A DNA stretch of 64,000 nt from an uncultured Bacteroidota bacterium (GCA_963734955.1 CAVTJO010000010.1:8352-72351); one strand, 5' to 3'; positions 41,092-51,728 are shown, counted from the first letter of the stretch. Program-made: numbers and translations. Notes: generated by a model not told the origin, from the letters alone.

Positions 41092-44000
41092 TCATTTGTC
41101 CATGAGCGGCAGGACGCGATTTACTTCCTCCATTCCGCCCCAGTCGTTGAAGAGTGTCTCACCCTTCTGCTTAATTTCCTCAAGCGTGGGAATCCGGTAT
41201 CTGCCCTGACCGGAATGTGGATAGATAATGTAGAGCATTTTCGCCTCGACAATACCAGCTGCGTGCACCCGTTGGGCCAGCGCGGGTGAACCTTCTCCGA
41301 AATGAGGATCGTCGCCTCCTCCCATATCGGCAAATACTGCATGACAGTATCTGTGTGCGTCATCGGCGTCAGGGTTCACCACGGTGAGGAAGTCACCAAT
41401 CTCTCCGGTCGGCCCTTGTGTGACTTGCGTAAACCGGGAACCGCTCGCGGCGTACACCTGTCCAGGGAAAGCGATGTAGGGAATCCTGCGTGCATCAACA
41501 TAGCGGTTCGGATCGTTGCGATGCTTCGTCTGATCAACAAGGCTTGTGGAGGACACATAGAATCCCGGGCAGGGATCATGTTGCCCTTGTATGATGGGAG
41601 TTCCCGTCTTCTCACCGGTGTCCGTCACAACGCCGAACCAATTCCCCGGATGCCCACCGTTGCTCTTCTTGTCAAGGGCACCCCTATATGACATTAAGTC
41701 AACAGTCAGATATTCCGCCTGATTAAGAACGTTCAGATCCTCGGGGTGATAGCAGTTTGGGGCGCCATCCACGTCAACCTGAAGCCGACCCTTGATCAGG
41801 TATGCAGAAGACTTCCCTTTCACTTTGTACGCGGCATACGTATGGTCCCGGGCCGCAGAACTCTCGCCGACACTGCCCTTGAACTTGAAGAAGACCTCCA
41901 AAGAATCATCGACAGGCTTAGCCTCGGCAGGCGCAGTGCCTGTTCCAAGCCGCGCTCCTTCAGGATACGTCAGCGATGTGACAGAAATAAGTTTGCTGAG
42001 CAGATCGCTCAGAAATTGCCCTGAGATAAGATTGTAACTCCTTCCATCTGCCTCCTGGCCGGGTGCTTTGCCCCCTGGCCATTGACCCAGTGATGGCATT
42101 CGCACCCTGTCCTTATCCATCGTCCCATCGACGTATCCATCTTTGTCCTTCCAGTTGGCGATCTCCGCGGTGCCCCCGTTGTGCGCCTGAAAGAGCACAC
42201 CTCCGGGATCAACGAGCAGGAGACCTCCGCCGACGATGCCATGAGCCAGCACGAAGTGTCCTGCCGGCGCACCAATACCGACGATGACCGGTCCCGTTTT
42301 AAGCATGTCCCGGATCAAGCCCAGCCATCCACCGGCCGGTTCCTTGCTCACATAGCGCGCGGTAACGCCGGAAGGTTCAACCACATCACCTTTGTGCTCG
42401 CCTTTTTCTGCCCGTTGAATCTCCCCCGTCTTCAAGTAGTGTGCGGCCACTTTGTAGATTGTGAGAAAGTCTATCGTTCCTCTGCCTGTCAACGCCACTT
42501 TCCCCGGTGGATCGGCGTTGGGCCAGAACGATTCAGCCATGCGAAGACCGTACCAGCTCTGGTCAATACTTCCACCCGGCTTGGTCGGGAATGGAATCTT
42601 CCCCGCCTTACAATCCTCCGCAAACCATCGAAGTGTCATCGCGGCAGTGGATGCATTGCAGCCGTTGTTGATCCAGTCGATCAACCTGCCGGTTTTCGGG
42701 CCGGCGATCCGCGCGCGCTTCCAGCGATTATCGTACTGCGGGAGCAAACGCACCGGCGGGTCGAGATACACATCGTCACCCTTCACAATGGCAATCGGAC
42801 CGGTCGACTTCTCCCGAATCTGAAGGGGAGCCGATGTTGTGGCCTCCAACTCTCCCTCGTCAGAAAGTGCCGCAGTGACACGTGCTTTCAGCAGTGTACC
42901 AACACTGAAATCCGCAGGGATCGGAACAGTCATTTCGACTTCCGCCTTGTCGACTTTCATGTTCGCCGACGCTTCAATTTCTTTCCCTCCTGCCTCATCA
43001 ATCAGAAGGATGGGGCACTCCTGACCGATTACCAGATCACGAGAGTGCAGACGCAATTTCGCCGAACCGCCGGGGGCCACTGTATTGCCGACCCAGTAGA
43101 GATGATGCAGACCTGGTTCAAGTCCGGGTTTCTCCGTTGTAGCTGCGTGGCCCCGACATACATCCATGATCTTGGCCAGCGTGTCCGCATCAGGCAGACC
43201 AGTCACATCCAGCCCGTTGGACTTCTGGAATTCTTCTACCGCCGCGAGCGTTTCATCATTATTGATCCCGTCAGGCGGACCGGGGTCATGAGTCAGCTTT
43301 TTTCCGCGACATAGATTCCCGAGAAGAAGTTGAGCAGTCACCTGATGCAGTGAGGCGGGAAGTTGCCTGGCGATAGCTCCACGTGTTTCGGGGCCTGCTA
43401 TACCATCGACCTTTTTGAGATGGAATTTTGTCTGAAACTCCTTGAGCGCTTCCTGTGTCTTTGCATCATTGATGTCGTCTGAATTCCCGGGGTCTGACTT
43501 GATCCACTTCGCCCGGTAAAACTGTTGTAATGCCTGCTCGACATCATGCTGCATAGTGAGCGGCTTTCCCTTTTCCTGAGTGGCAGGTTTGGGGGTGGCT
43601 TTCCCCGGAGCTTGCGCGTCCCGTTTCACGTTCCGGCCTTTCACCACGGTAACTGCAGCATCGAGGTGGCCGGGCACATCGGACTCATTGGTCGGTGCAG
43701 CACCATCCTTCATGCAGTAGGGCTTGGGAGGCTCCCCCTTGTAGTGGAGACGAGCGCATTTGAGTGATGCCACCGAATGGGCGTCCGTACCGGGATATAC
43801 GACCCTCATGGGTTTCTTGCGAAACGATTTCATATCGATTTTCTTGACTCCAGGGAGCACGAGCCAGACCCCCGCCTCGACAATAGCATCTTCGTCAACG
43901 AAGATTTTATCCTTGCCTTTGCACTTGGACAAATTGCCTGGTTTCTCAATCCACCATTCCGTTTCCTTCTTCTTCTTTCCGGGGTGTTTCTTATCATCCT

Positions 44001-44604
44001 TCTCCACAATCTTGCTTTTTACTACGGCGTTCTTTCCGGTAATCCACGGATCTCCCCAACATCCATAAATACTCACACCGGGGAAGTTTCCGTTGGAGCC
44101 GATGATCTGAAAGCAGTCGACTTTTGCATCGGGGCCGGGTCCATCAAGATGTACATCCCAGCAGAAAACAGAGTGGCCGATGGTGTTTTGCCATCCAATT
44201 TCCACCAGGTCCCCGCGCCGCATCTGCGTTGGATCGATCTTATGGCCAAGGTTGTACTTCTCGATGGCGTCGACGCCGTGACTGTTGTTATTGAGGTTGT
44301 AAAAATCATGAAATGGGAGCGGGTCTTTGCCACCGTTGACCATGGGAACATAGGGATTCCTGGCATCGACTTTTCTTGGATAGTCCCCGGTGTCAAACGC
44401 AACGCCAATCACCGTTCCGGTAAACGGCGAGCATGTCGTCCCTTTGCGGACTGGAATCGTACAACCGCTTACATAGGTCAGTACTCCGCCGCAGCCCGGG
44501 ACATAGCCATCCTCATTCAGCACGCGCAGGTCCTCACAGATCTGGATGATACTGTCAACGCCTTGTGGAAGATCTGTCTGTGTGTACTGAACAGGCTCAC
44601 TCAT
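41092..44604 (-). CDS. 1170-aa multi-enzyme putative T6SS effector: NlpC/P60-like, 2x PG-binding, Ig-like, peptidase C39-like, GH75 chitosanase-like
   Basis: TTCSPF...RRGDLVEI.W...GHSVF; ALKEFQ..VDGIAGPET and AVEEFQ..GLDVTG; PQYD..GCNAST..GHFVL..VDP; VDVDGAP...YVDARRIPYIA...FADMG...GEGS. Confidence 0.78.
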   Translation of the reverse strand: MSEPVQYTQTDLPQGVDSIIQICEDLRVLNEDGYVPGCGGVLTYVSGCTIPVRKGTTCSPFTGTVIGVAFDTGDYPRKVDARNPYVPMVNGGKDPLPFHDFYNLNNNSHGVDAIEKYNLGHKIDPTQMRRGDLVEIGWQNTIGHSVFCWDVHLDGPGPDAKVDCFQIIGSNGNFPGVSIYGCWGDPWITGKNAVVKSKIVEKDDKKHPGKKKKETEWWIEKPGNLSKCKGKDKIFVDEDAIVEAGVWLVLPGVKKIDMKSFRKKPMRVVYPGTDAHSVASLKCARLHYKGEPPKPYCMKDGAAPTNESDVPGHLDAAVTVVKGRNVKRDAQAPGKATPKPATQEKGKPLTMQHDVEQALQQFYRAKWIKSDPGNSDDINDAKTQEALKEFQTKFHLKKVDGIAGPETRGAIARQLPASLHQVTAQLLLGNLCRGKKLTHDPGPPDGINNDETLAAVEEFQKSNGLDVTGLPDADTLAKIMDVCRGHAATTEKPGLEPGLHHLYWVGNTVAPGGSAKLRLHSRDLVIGQECPILLIDEAGGKEIEASANMKVDKAEVEMTVPIPADFSVGTLLKARVTAALSDEGELEATTSAPLQIREKSTGPIAIVKGDDVYLDPPVRLLPQYDNRWKRARIAGPKTGRLIDWINNGCNASTAAMTLRWFAEDCKAGKIPFPTKPGGSIDQSWYGLRMAESFWPNADPPGKVALTGRGTIDFLTIYKVAAHYLKTGEIQRAEKGEHKGDVVEPSGVTARYVSKEPAGGWLGLIRDMLKTGPVIVGIGAPAGHFVLAHGIVGGGLLLVDPGGVLFQAHNGGTAEIANWKDKDGYVDGTMDKDRVRMPSLGQWPGGKAPGQEADGRSYNLISGQFLSDLLSKLISVTSLTYPEGARLGTGTAPAEAKPVDDSLEVFFKFKGSVGESSAARDHTYAAYKVKGKSSAYLIKGRLQVDVDGAPNCYHPEDLNVLNQAEYLTVDLMSYRGALDKKSNGGHPGNWFGVVTDTGEKTGTPIIQGQHDPCPGFYVSSTSLVDQTKHRNDPNRYVDARRIPYIAFPGQVYAASGSRFTQVTQGPTGEIGDFLTVVNPDADDAHRYCHAVFADMGGGDDPHFGEGSPALAQRVHAAGIVEAKMLYIIYPHSGQGRYRIPTLEEIKQKGETLFNDWGGMEEVNRVLPLMDK

Positions 44605-45548
44605 GGGTCGCCTTCCTCTTCTCCGGCCAGGTCAACATACTCCGTCAACCGTGAGCTGGCCTCCGCGCCTTCGTCCTGCGAATCCGCCGTCCCGACGATG
44701 AATCGATACACATTCTCTTCATCTTCCCGGTCCTTCCAAAGTAGTGGATGCGCCGTGAATGTTTCCCCGCGTACCTCCACATCATATGCTGCAAGCAGAG
44801 CCGGGGCCTCGATCCTGCCGTCCGCATCCGTGATGACATCGAATCGGTCATCCCCCGAACTTACTTCGACCTGTTCGTTCGTAATCGGATTCCCCGCCTC
44901 ATCAACAAAATGGCAGATGAGAACTCCCTGGGGATAGTCTGCCGGGAGCGGTGGCGGTGATTGCGGGATGGCATCTTCATCGAGAATTTCAATGCGATAA
45001 TTCTTGTTCTCCGGAACAACGGCGCGAACAACACCGTTTTCATCTGTCATCTTTGGGCTGCCGACCGCCTTGCCGGTGTCTGGATCGATGATCCGGACCT
45101 TGTGGTTCGCAAGAACGGTATCACCGATGGTGCGAACCTCTGTCGCGATCACGTAGATCTCCTCTTCTCTTGCGGGCTGAATCTCCGCGACAGCTCCTTC
45201 CGGCTCTGCTACCGTCTCAGGCTTCCTCGCTGCAACAGGGACATTGCCAACGTGAGGCGCGCGCATGATGACGAGATCACCGCGTTGGAACGCTTCGACG
45301 AGCCGGGATTTGATGCGACCATGCAGATCGTACCCACGCGTCCATCTTCCAACGACCACGGGGATTCCGCTGATGCTCTCGTAGATCTCCACCATATTCT
45401 GCCGCGTATGGGGATCCGCAAGCCAACGGTCGATGTAGAGCCATGCAAGGTGAGGATTCACCTGTGCATCCACCGCGGCAGGAATGTCATGCCTCCTCGC
45501 TATCTGATATGACTCGGAGATCCCGTGCAGGCGCCAGGTTCTTTGCAT
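44601..45548 (-). CDS. Protein with two TTR/prealbumin-like domains, putative T6SS adaptor
   Basis: VLANHKVRII...TDENGVV and FVDEAGNPITNEQVEV...TDADGRI; ATGA-coupled to the 1170-aa gene. Confidence 0.6.
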   Translation of the reverse strand: MQRTWRLHGISESYQIARRHDIPAAVDAQVNPHLAWLYIDRWLADPHTRQNMVEIYESISGIPVVVGRWTRGYDLHGRIKSRLVEAFQRGDLVIMRAPHVGNVPVAARKPETVAEPEGAVAEIQPAREEEIYVIATEVRTIGDTVLANHKVRIIDPDTGKAVGSPKMTDENGVVRAVVPENKNYRIEILDEDAIPQSPPPLPADYPQGVLICHFVDEAGNPITNEQVEVSSGDDRFDVITDADGRIEAPALLAAYDVEVRGETFTAHPLLWKDREDEENVYRFIVGTADSQDEGAEASSRLTEYVDLAGEEEGDP

Positions 45549-45681
45549 GTTCCCGATATTTCAATGGACAGAGGACAACATTACGAACTCTCCAACAACA
45601 CAATCCCGCGGGGGACCGTCATCGATTGACTTTCAGGATCCATCACCCGAAGAAGTCAACGTCAATCCCGGAGTGGACTAC

Positions 45682-48315
45682 CTACGCAAATACATACGTA
45701 AAATTCCCGGCGTCATCCATGCCGAGTGTGAGCTTTGACGGCACCTTCTCATCCGCCATCTTTGTGATCATCGCCTTCGAGACCTCAGGCAACAACGTAC
45801 GGTCAATAATGAAGTCGATGTTCCGTGCACCGGTGTCGATCTGGGTGCAACGCTCGGCAACACGGTCGATAACAACCGGGTTATAATCGAACGCCATCCC
45901 GTGAGCATCATTGAGGCGCTTTCCGATCTGGCCAAGCTTCAACTTCACAATACCTTTCATCGTTTCTTTTCGCAAAGGATAGAACGGAACCACCTTCATG
46001 CGCGCAAGGAGAGCGGCCTGAAAATGATTCACCAATTGGGGGTGAATGACCTCCCGAAGTTGATCAGGTGTGGGATGTTCATCTTCAGTGCAGACCTGCA
46101 TGAAAATGTCAGACCCAAGGTTCGAGGTCATCATAATGATGGTATTCTTGAAGTCGATCTCACGGCCTTCTCCATCCCGCATGAATCCCTTGTCAAACAC
46201 CTGGTAGAAGAGGTTCAGCACGTCACGGTGCGCCTTCTCTACTTCGTCCAGCAGCACCACAGAGTATGGCCGCTGTCGCACCGCTTCAGTGAGAACGCCT
46301 CCTTCACCATACCCAACATATCCTGGGGGCGAGCCTTTGAGTTGCGAAACGGTGTGCGATTCCTGGTACTCAGACATGTTAATGGTAATGACGAACCTCT
46401 CCCCGCCAAAAAGGAGATCGGCAACAACGCGGGCACACTCCGTTTTACCCACACCGCTCGGGCCGACAAACAGGAACACACCAATCGGTGCTTCGGGATT
46501 TCGCATGCCTGCCTTGGCCGTGCGAATCGTATCGGCAACATCCGTGATTGCCTCTTCCTGGCCAAGTATTCGAGTCTTCAGCTTGTCTTCAAAACTCAGC
46601 AGAACCTGTGCTTCGTCTTTCATCATGTTGCCGACGGGAATCCCCGTCCAATCTGCGACAACTTCTGCCGCTATGCTTCCGTCCACCTCAACGTGGACGA
46701 GTGGTTCTTCGGTTTGTATCGCCTCCAAATCCTTCTTGAGCTGATCGATTTCCTTCTTGATCTTCTCAGGGTCGTTCCTCTTGCTTTTGCCATCCCCATC
46801 CGGCTTCCCGGTGAGCTGCGCCCTCAGCGCAGTGATTTTCTTGACGAATTCGTTTTCTTTTTTCCACCGCTCCTCGATTGCAGCCCTGTCTTCATCAACC
46901 TGTTTTCGCTCGTCGTTCAACGTCGTCACGGCCAGTCCGTCGTTGAGAACGCCTGTATCAAGGTCTCGCTTCACGGCGGCTATTTTGATATCGAGGTTTT
47001 GCAGTCGGCGTTCAACGTCATCAAGCGCCGCAGGTTTCGATGTCTGCCCCATGCGCACTCGTGCCGCCGATGTGTCCAGCAGATCGACAGCTTTATCCGG
47101 AAGCTGCCGGCCGGAGATGAACCGCTCCGCAAGCTTGACGGCCGTGCTTATGGCTTCATCCGAGATCTGGATGTTGTGATGTTTTTCGTACTTCGATTTG
47201 ATTCCCCTCATCATGCTTGTCGCCACTTCAACAGATGGCTCATCGACCTTCACCATCTGGAACCGCCGCTCAAGCGCAGCATCTTTCTCAAAGTACTTCT
47301 TGTATTCCGACCATGTCGTCGCAGCAACAGTCCGTAGTTCCCCGCGTGCGAGAGCGGGCTTCAGCAGATTCGCAGCATCGCTCGTTCCGGCGGCGCCGCC
47401 TGCCCCAATCAGTGTATGTGCCTCGTCGATAAACAGGATAATCGGCTTTGCGGATTCCTTTGTTTCCTTGATTACCGACTTCAATCGATTTTCAAATTCC
47501 CCTTTCACCCCGGCACCTGCCTGCAAGAGCCCCAGATCGAGGCCGCGGATTTCAACTTCAGCAAGACTCGATGGCACATCACCCTGCGTGATGCGCAACG
47601 CAAGACCTTCAACGACAGCGGTCTTGCCGACGCCGGCTTCTCCAACGAGGATGGGATTGTTCTTGCGGCGACGGCTGAGAATGTCGATCATCTGCCGGAT
47701 CTCCTTGTCGCGTCCGAACACCGGGTCGACTTTGCCGGCGCGAGCGTTACCGGTCATGTCGGTTGTGTACAGGTCAAGTGCCGTCTCTCCTTCACGTCTG
47801 CTCTTTTCCGCCTCGGACCTGGCCACCGAAAGCTTTGCCGGCGCATCCTCCACAGACCCATCAACGATCTTGAAGAAATTCTGGCGCAACTCATCGGCGC
47901 GGATAAGAGAAAGAACATCAGCGTAACTTGCCGACAGTCCTTCGTTGTCGACGAGCGCTTCAAGCATGCTGCCGGAACGGATCTCCGGAAAGCCATGATG
48001 AATCGAGCCGGTGACCCATGCCGATTCGACGAATTGCAGAAGGATGGGAGACATTGTCGGGCGACCGGTGTTGCCTGACCGGAAACTCTCCAGACGCTTC
48101 AACATCGCATCCCAGAATTTTCCTGCGTCGGCGTTGAAGTGCGCGAATATCCTCGGGATATCCCCCGTCCCGTCCTCCAGGAGCTTGAGAAGGAGATGTT
48201 CGATCGATACCTCGTAATGGCCTCGTCCTATGCAAAACCCTGCTGCCGCTTCGAGACCACGTGTTGTATGGTCGTTCAGCTTTTCCAGCAGTTTCTTGAG
48301 GTCTTTCGTGATCAT
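45682..48315 (-). CDS. tssH: T6SS ATPase TssH/ClpV
   Basis: RRRKNNPILVGEAGVGKT, FIDEAH, GPSGVGKTE, GSPPGYVGYGEGG, LLDEVEKA; T6SS context. Confidence 0.97.
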   Translation of the reverse strand: MITKDLKKLLEKLNDHTTRGLEAAAGFCIGRGHYEVSIEHLLLKLLEDGTGDIPRIFAHFNADAGKFWDAMLKRLESFRSGNTGRPTMSPILLQFVESAWVTGSIHHGFPEIRSGSMLEALVDNEGLSASYADVLSLIRADELRQNFFKIVDGSVEDAPAKLSVARSEAEKSRREGETALDLYTTDMTGNARAGKVDPVFGRDKEIRQMIDILSRRRKNNPILVGEAGVGKTAVVEGLALRITQGDVPSSLAEVEIRGLDLGLLQAGAGVKGEFENRLKSVIKETKESAKPIILFIDEAHTLIGAGGAAGTSDAANLLKPALARGELRTVAATTWSEYKKYFEKDAALERRFQMVKVDEPSVEVATSMMRGIKSKYEKHHNIQISDEAISTAVKLAERFISGRQLPDKAVDLLDTSAARVRMGQTSKPAALDDVERRLQNLDIKIAAVKRDLDTGVLNDGLAVTTLNDERKQVDEDRAAIEERWKKENEFVKKITALRAQLTGKPDGDGKSKRNDPEKIKKEIDQLKKDLEAIQTEEPLVHVEVDGSIAAEVVADWTGIPVGNMMKDEAQVLLSFEDKLKTRILGQEEAITDVADTIRTAKAGMRNPEAPIGVFLFVGPSGVGKTECARVVADLLFGGERFVITINMSEYQESHTVSQLKGSPPGYVGYGEGGVLTEAVRQRPYSVVLLDEVEKAHRDVLNLFYQVFDKGFMRDGEGREIDFKNTIIMMTSNLGSDIFMQVCTEDEHPTPDQLREVIHPQLVNHFQAALLARMKVVPFYPLRKETMKGIVKLKLGQIGKRLNDAHGMAFDYNPVVIDRVAERCTQIDTGARNIDFIIDRTLLPEVSKAMITKMADEKVPSKLTLGMDDAGNFTYVFA

Positions 48316-48337
48316 ATGGTTCCCGCGATGAGTTGTG

Positions 48338-49357
48338 TTAGTGATATACGACGGTTCGTGAAGTCGTCTCGGTCAGCGGCTTTCCCAGCCACGTGGTCAG
48401 TCCGAGTTTCATGGTCCTGTCACCCAGCCGATATATCGGGATCTCGAATGTTATGAGTTTCAACTCGACATCATACGCAAGCGTGTCTCGCACGTACAGC
48501 CGCACAAGAAACTGCAGAAGCCGGGCGCTTGCACCTCCGGGCAGAAGCGCGAGATATTGCAGCAACGACAACGGCCCCACGACGATGCAGAACTTGCCCG
48601 AGACATCGTGCACCTGTTCACCTATACACGCGGTCTGGCCTAACACCGCTGGAACGGCATTCTTCCTGCCAATACTTCCCCTCCGGGGAATCGTCACCCA
48701 GCGGGAGACGTTCTCAAGCACAGAAACCTGGACTCCTCCAAGGAACGCGGCCACAAATGTCTGCAGCCCTTCAGCGTTATGCACTCTCATGGAAAGCGAT
48801 CCGGCAAAGGAAGCAAGCCGAATCGGCTCGATCACAGAATCATCGATGGCTTTCTTTGTGCCAAGACCCGCAAGGGACATGGCACGCACGACAAGCTTCT
48901 CTCTGCTCGACGGGTTCCGGTAGTGAAGAGCCAGGCGGTATTTCTTCCAGCTTCTATAAAAGAGAGAATAGAGCCTGTGGTTGAACATGTCGAGGAAATC
49001 GCGCAGAGAGGTGGATTCCTCGGTTTCAGTTGCCACTGAATCGTAAAAGTACACGGGCAATGGTGAGTCAATACCATACAAACCCATGAATGTTGCGGTG
49101 ATCCGCGCGCACTGTGGCGGTCCCTTGAGCAGTTCGACGCTCCTCACATCCGTCGCAGGGAAGACCAAACCGTTGTGCGGGCGAAAACGTATTTGCTCCC
49201 CGGCAACATCAACTGCCTCACCGGGAATCCTCCCTTCCGGGAAAAAGCCCTCCAGCAGACGCACGGACTGGAAAAAATCAAACATATAGCCCTCGCGGAA
49301 CAGCCGTGCGATGACTCCGACGGGCGCGCGAGGTTCAACCGATGTCATGGCAACCAC
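48338..49357 (-). CDS. tssG: T6SS baseplate TssG
   Basis: FDFFQSVRLLE, FMGLYGIDSPLP, DFLDMFNHRLYSLFYRSWKKY, LG.TTWLG. Confidence 0.95.
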   Translation of the reverse strand: MVAMTSVEPRAPVGVIARLFREGYMFDFFQSVRLLEGFFPEGRIPGEAVDVAGEQIRFRPHNGLVFPATDVRSVELLKGPPQCARITATFMGLYGIDSPLPVYFYDSVATETEESTSLRDFLDMFNHRLYSLFYRSWKKYRLALHYRNPSSREKLVVRAMSLAGLGTKKAIDDSVIEPIRLASFAGSLSMRVHNAEGLQTFVAAFLGGVQVSVLENVSRWVTIPRRGSIGRKNAVPAVLGQTACIGEQVHDVSGKFCIVVGPLSLLQYLALLPGGASARLLQFLVRLYVRDTLAYDVELKLITFEIPIYRLGDRTMKLGLTTWLGKPLTETTSRTVVYH

Positions 49358-49381
49358 TCAGTTCCATGCAGAATGCGTTCA

Positions 49382-51157
49382 TCAAATAATGGGGAGACTG
49401 CCCTTTAAAGGCTGCCACCGATAATGATGCTCAGACGGCTTCGTGACGATGCTGAGATGAACAAATGAGTTTATCGTGGCATACATCGAGAAGAACTCAC
49501 TCAGGACCATGACCGAACAAGCACAGGTCGCCTTCATCGGCAAAGTGCCCGTCCTGTATTTCCACCGTCACTTCAACGCCGCGGATCACGGCACTTCGAT
49601 GGATAATCTCCTTCGGCGCGGATGAGACGTTTCGCAATCCCGCGAGACGTCGTCGGTTCGCATCGGTCCCCGTCCAGTCGTACAGCTCGAGCACACTCCG
49701 CAGGGAGTCGAGAGTTGCGACGGAGACAAAATTCAGGGAGAGATGTGAGATCATTCTCCAGAGGAAATTCTCTTCTCGTTTCGTCGAGCGAATCGACTCG
49801 AAACCCTTGGGGTGCAAATCGAGGGTTGGCTGGGTTATGTTCTCGAACGTCACGATTCCCGGGAAATCCGGCGCAGGCTGGGTAATGGTGCGCTCCTGCA
49901 GCTTCTCGCGGGGGAGACTGCCGTTCGTGCAGACGATCCCCGCTGACAATGTTTCCACCGGGAGATTTCCATCCTCAGCCGCGAAACCTTCCAGAGCAAT
50001 GAATGTCTGATAGCTGTCCGACGGTCCTACGCGGGTCGATGTGGTAAAGTACCGGTTCCCTCCGCCGAGCCCGCTCTTGAACGAGAAGAACGGATGGTAC
50101 TGATGCTGCTTCCCCGTTCCTTCTTCGGTGCCGATCACCGTATCGACAGAATATACCTCGTTGCTTTTGGGATGGTGAATGTCAGGGATGATGCGATATT
50201 CCGAGTTCAGATGATCCACCCGGATTGGTTCGGCGTCCGTTCGAAATACATTGGCGATCGGCGAACAATACAGCCGGATGTTTTCGGCTTTGAACTTCTT
50301 CTCTTCTGGAAACGCCTTGTCAAAATGGATTCTGACCTGGAATTCCTGGGTCTTCTCAGGTGGAGCAAACCGGTCAAACCCATACACATCAGCGAACCAG
50401 AATTTGCGCCGGAAGCTCAGATACTCCTGCAGCAGGAGAAATCCTCTGAACGAATGCTCTGAATACGGAAGCAATCCTTCGTTCGCCGCCATCCCGACCG
50501 GACGAATTGCCTGTTGCCCGCTCAGTTCACGCGTGACCTCCCCTGCCGAAAAGACCACCCTGCTGACATTGCGGGTGAAAAACAAATGCATCATCGATGC
50601 AACCGCATCCTCGGCGTGAAAATACAGCCTGAGGGGATTCAGGCGTAACTTCTGATACTCGATTCCCTTTTCGAGAGCGAAGCGGAGAGTAAGTATTGTC
50701 GTTCCATCCGGTGGCCAGTTGAGCACGGCGTCCTCAAGTTTCATTGGATGGACCCTGTACCTCCTGTGTCGTTCGAAAGCGACATATCGTTGCATCATCG
50801 CCAACCGGTACCGAGTTGCACTTCGGTTCCTGGAGGAAATGCGGCCGTCTGCTGCACGAGGCCGGGACGAGGCTTGAATTCCAGTATGGAAAGCGAAGGA
50901 ATGGGCTTGAGAAAATGAGGCCAGAGCATGTTGCACAACGATTCGGTCAACTCCGGCAATTCATCATCAAGGCGTTCCCGGATCCGTCCGGTAAGAAATG
51001 CAAAGCCTTCAAACAATCGCTCGACATACGGATCGCGATCGTCCTTACTCTCGCTGTCGATATGCAAATACCGCGCTATGTCGGGATGAGTCCTGGCAAA
51101 CTCCTTGCCTGCCTGATACAAATAGCGAAGCTCATCTTCATAGTAATAACGGATCAT
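49382..51157 (-). CDS. tssF: T6SS baseplate TssF, broken by three +1 indels (about 50815, 50754, 49512)
   Basis: YYEDELRYL...DPYVERLFEGFAFL, LLQEY, LYCSPIANVF, LWRMISHLSLN. The corrected end reads FFSMYATINSF...WQP..G.LPII*. Confidence 0.9.
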
Positions 51158-51190
51158 GAGTCTATCTTCAGCAATGTTCGGGAACGCTCA

Positions 51191-51634
51191 TCATGACGGC
51201 TTGCGCCATGGTGTTACCTGGGCAAGATCATTGGAAGCAAAGATGGTCTGGAACTGCACTCGCTGGCCTTTCAAAAGCTCGCCAGTCACAATAAACGAGA
51301 CGCGCATATCAAACTGCTCGTCTGCTGATTTCTCATGTTTCTCAACCCGGACTCTGCGGAGCCGGGGTTCATATTTCTCCACAACATCCTTGATGGCAGT
51401 CCGGAGTCCATCCACGGAGTACGGCAGATCACGATACACCTGCGTAATATCCGGAAGCCCGTAATCCGGAAGATGAGCGAGAGAACCGCGTCGTGTATTG
51501 AAGAGTCGATTCAAATTGTCGATGATGCTCAGGATACGCTGTTGCCCGCGGTCATCGTCAACAACCCGTTGACCGTTTGAAAAACTTCCCAGCAACACGT
51601 CAATGATTGCAGCTTCCATGAGGTACCTGATCAT
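51191..51634 (-). CDS. tssE: T6SS baseplate TssE (gp25-like)
   Basis: NLNRLFNTRRG, DYGLPD, KYEPRL. Confidence 0.93.
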   Translation of the reverse strand: MIRYLMEAAIIDVLLGSFSNGQRVVDDDRGQQRILSIIDNLNRLFNTRRGSLAHLPDYGLPDITQVYRDLPYSVDGLRTAIKDVVEKYEPRLRRVRVEKHEKSADEQFDMRVSFIVTGELLKGQRVQFQTIFASNDLAQVTPWRKPS

Positions 51635-51642
51635 TCAGACAT

Positions 51643-51725
51643 CATGCCGTGGCCATTCCTCACCACGATGGAGCAGCCACGGCATGTTTGACTGCGTTCA
51701 CATTGATGTCACACATTTCAATGTG
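51643..51725. terminator. Two tandem inverted repeats downstream of hcp
   Basis: CATGCCGTGGC/GCCACGGCATG (51643-51686) and CACATTGA/TCAATGTG (51699-51725). No strong U-tract on the minus strand. Confidence 0.5.
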
Positions 51726-51728
51726 GTG

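Noticed and set aside
39425-47337. Long plus-strand ORFs (39425..40672, 42181..43314, 43777..44937, 45901..47337) and many similar short ORFs across the window
   Set aside because: Antisense shadows of well-supported minus-strand genes, with no recognisable motifs.
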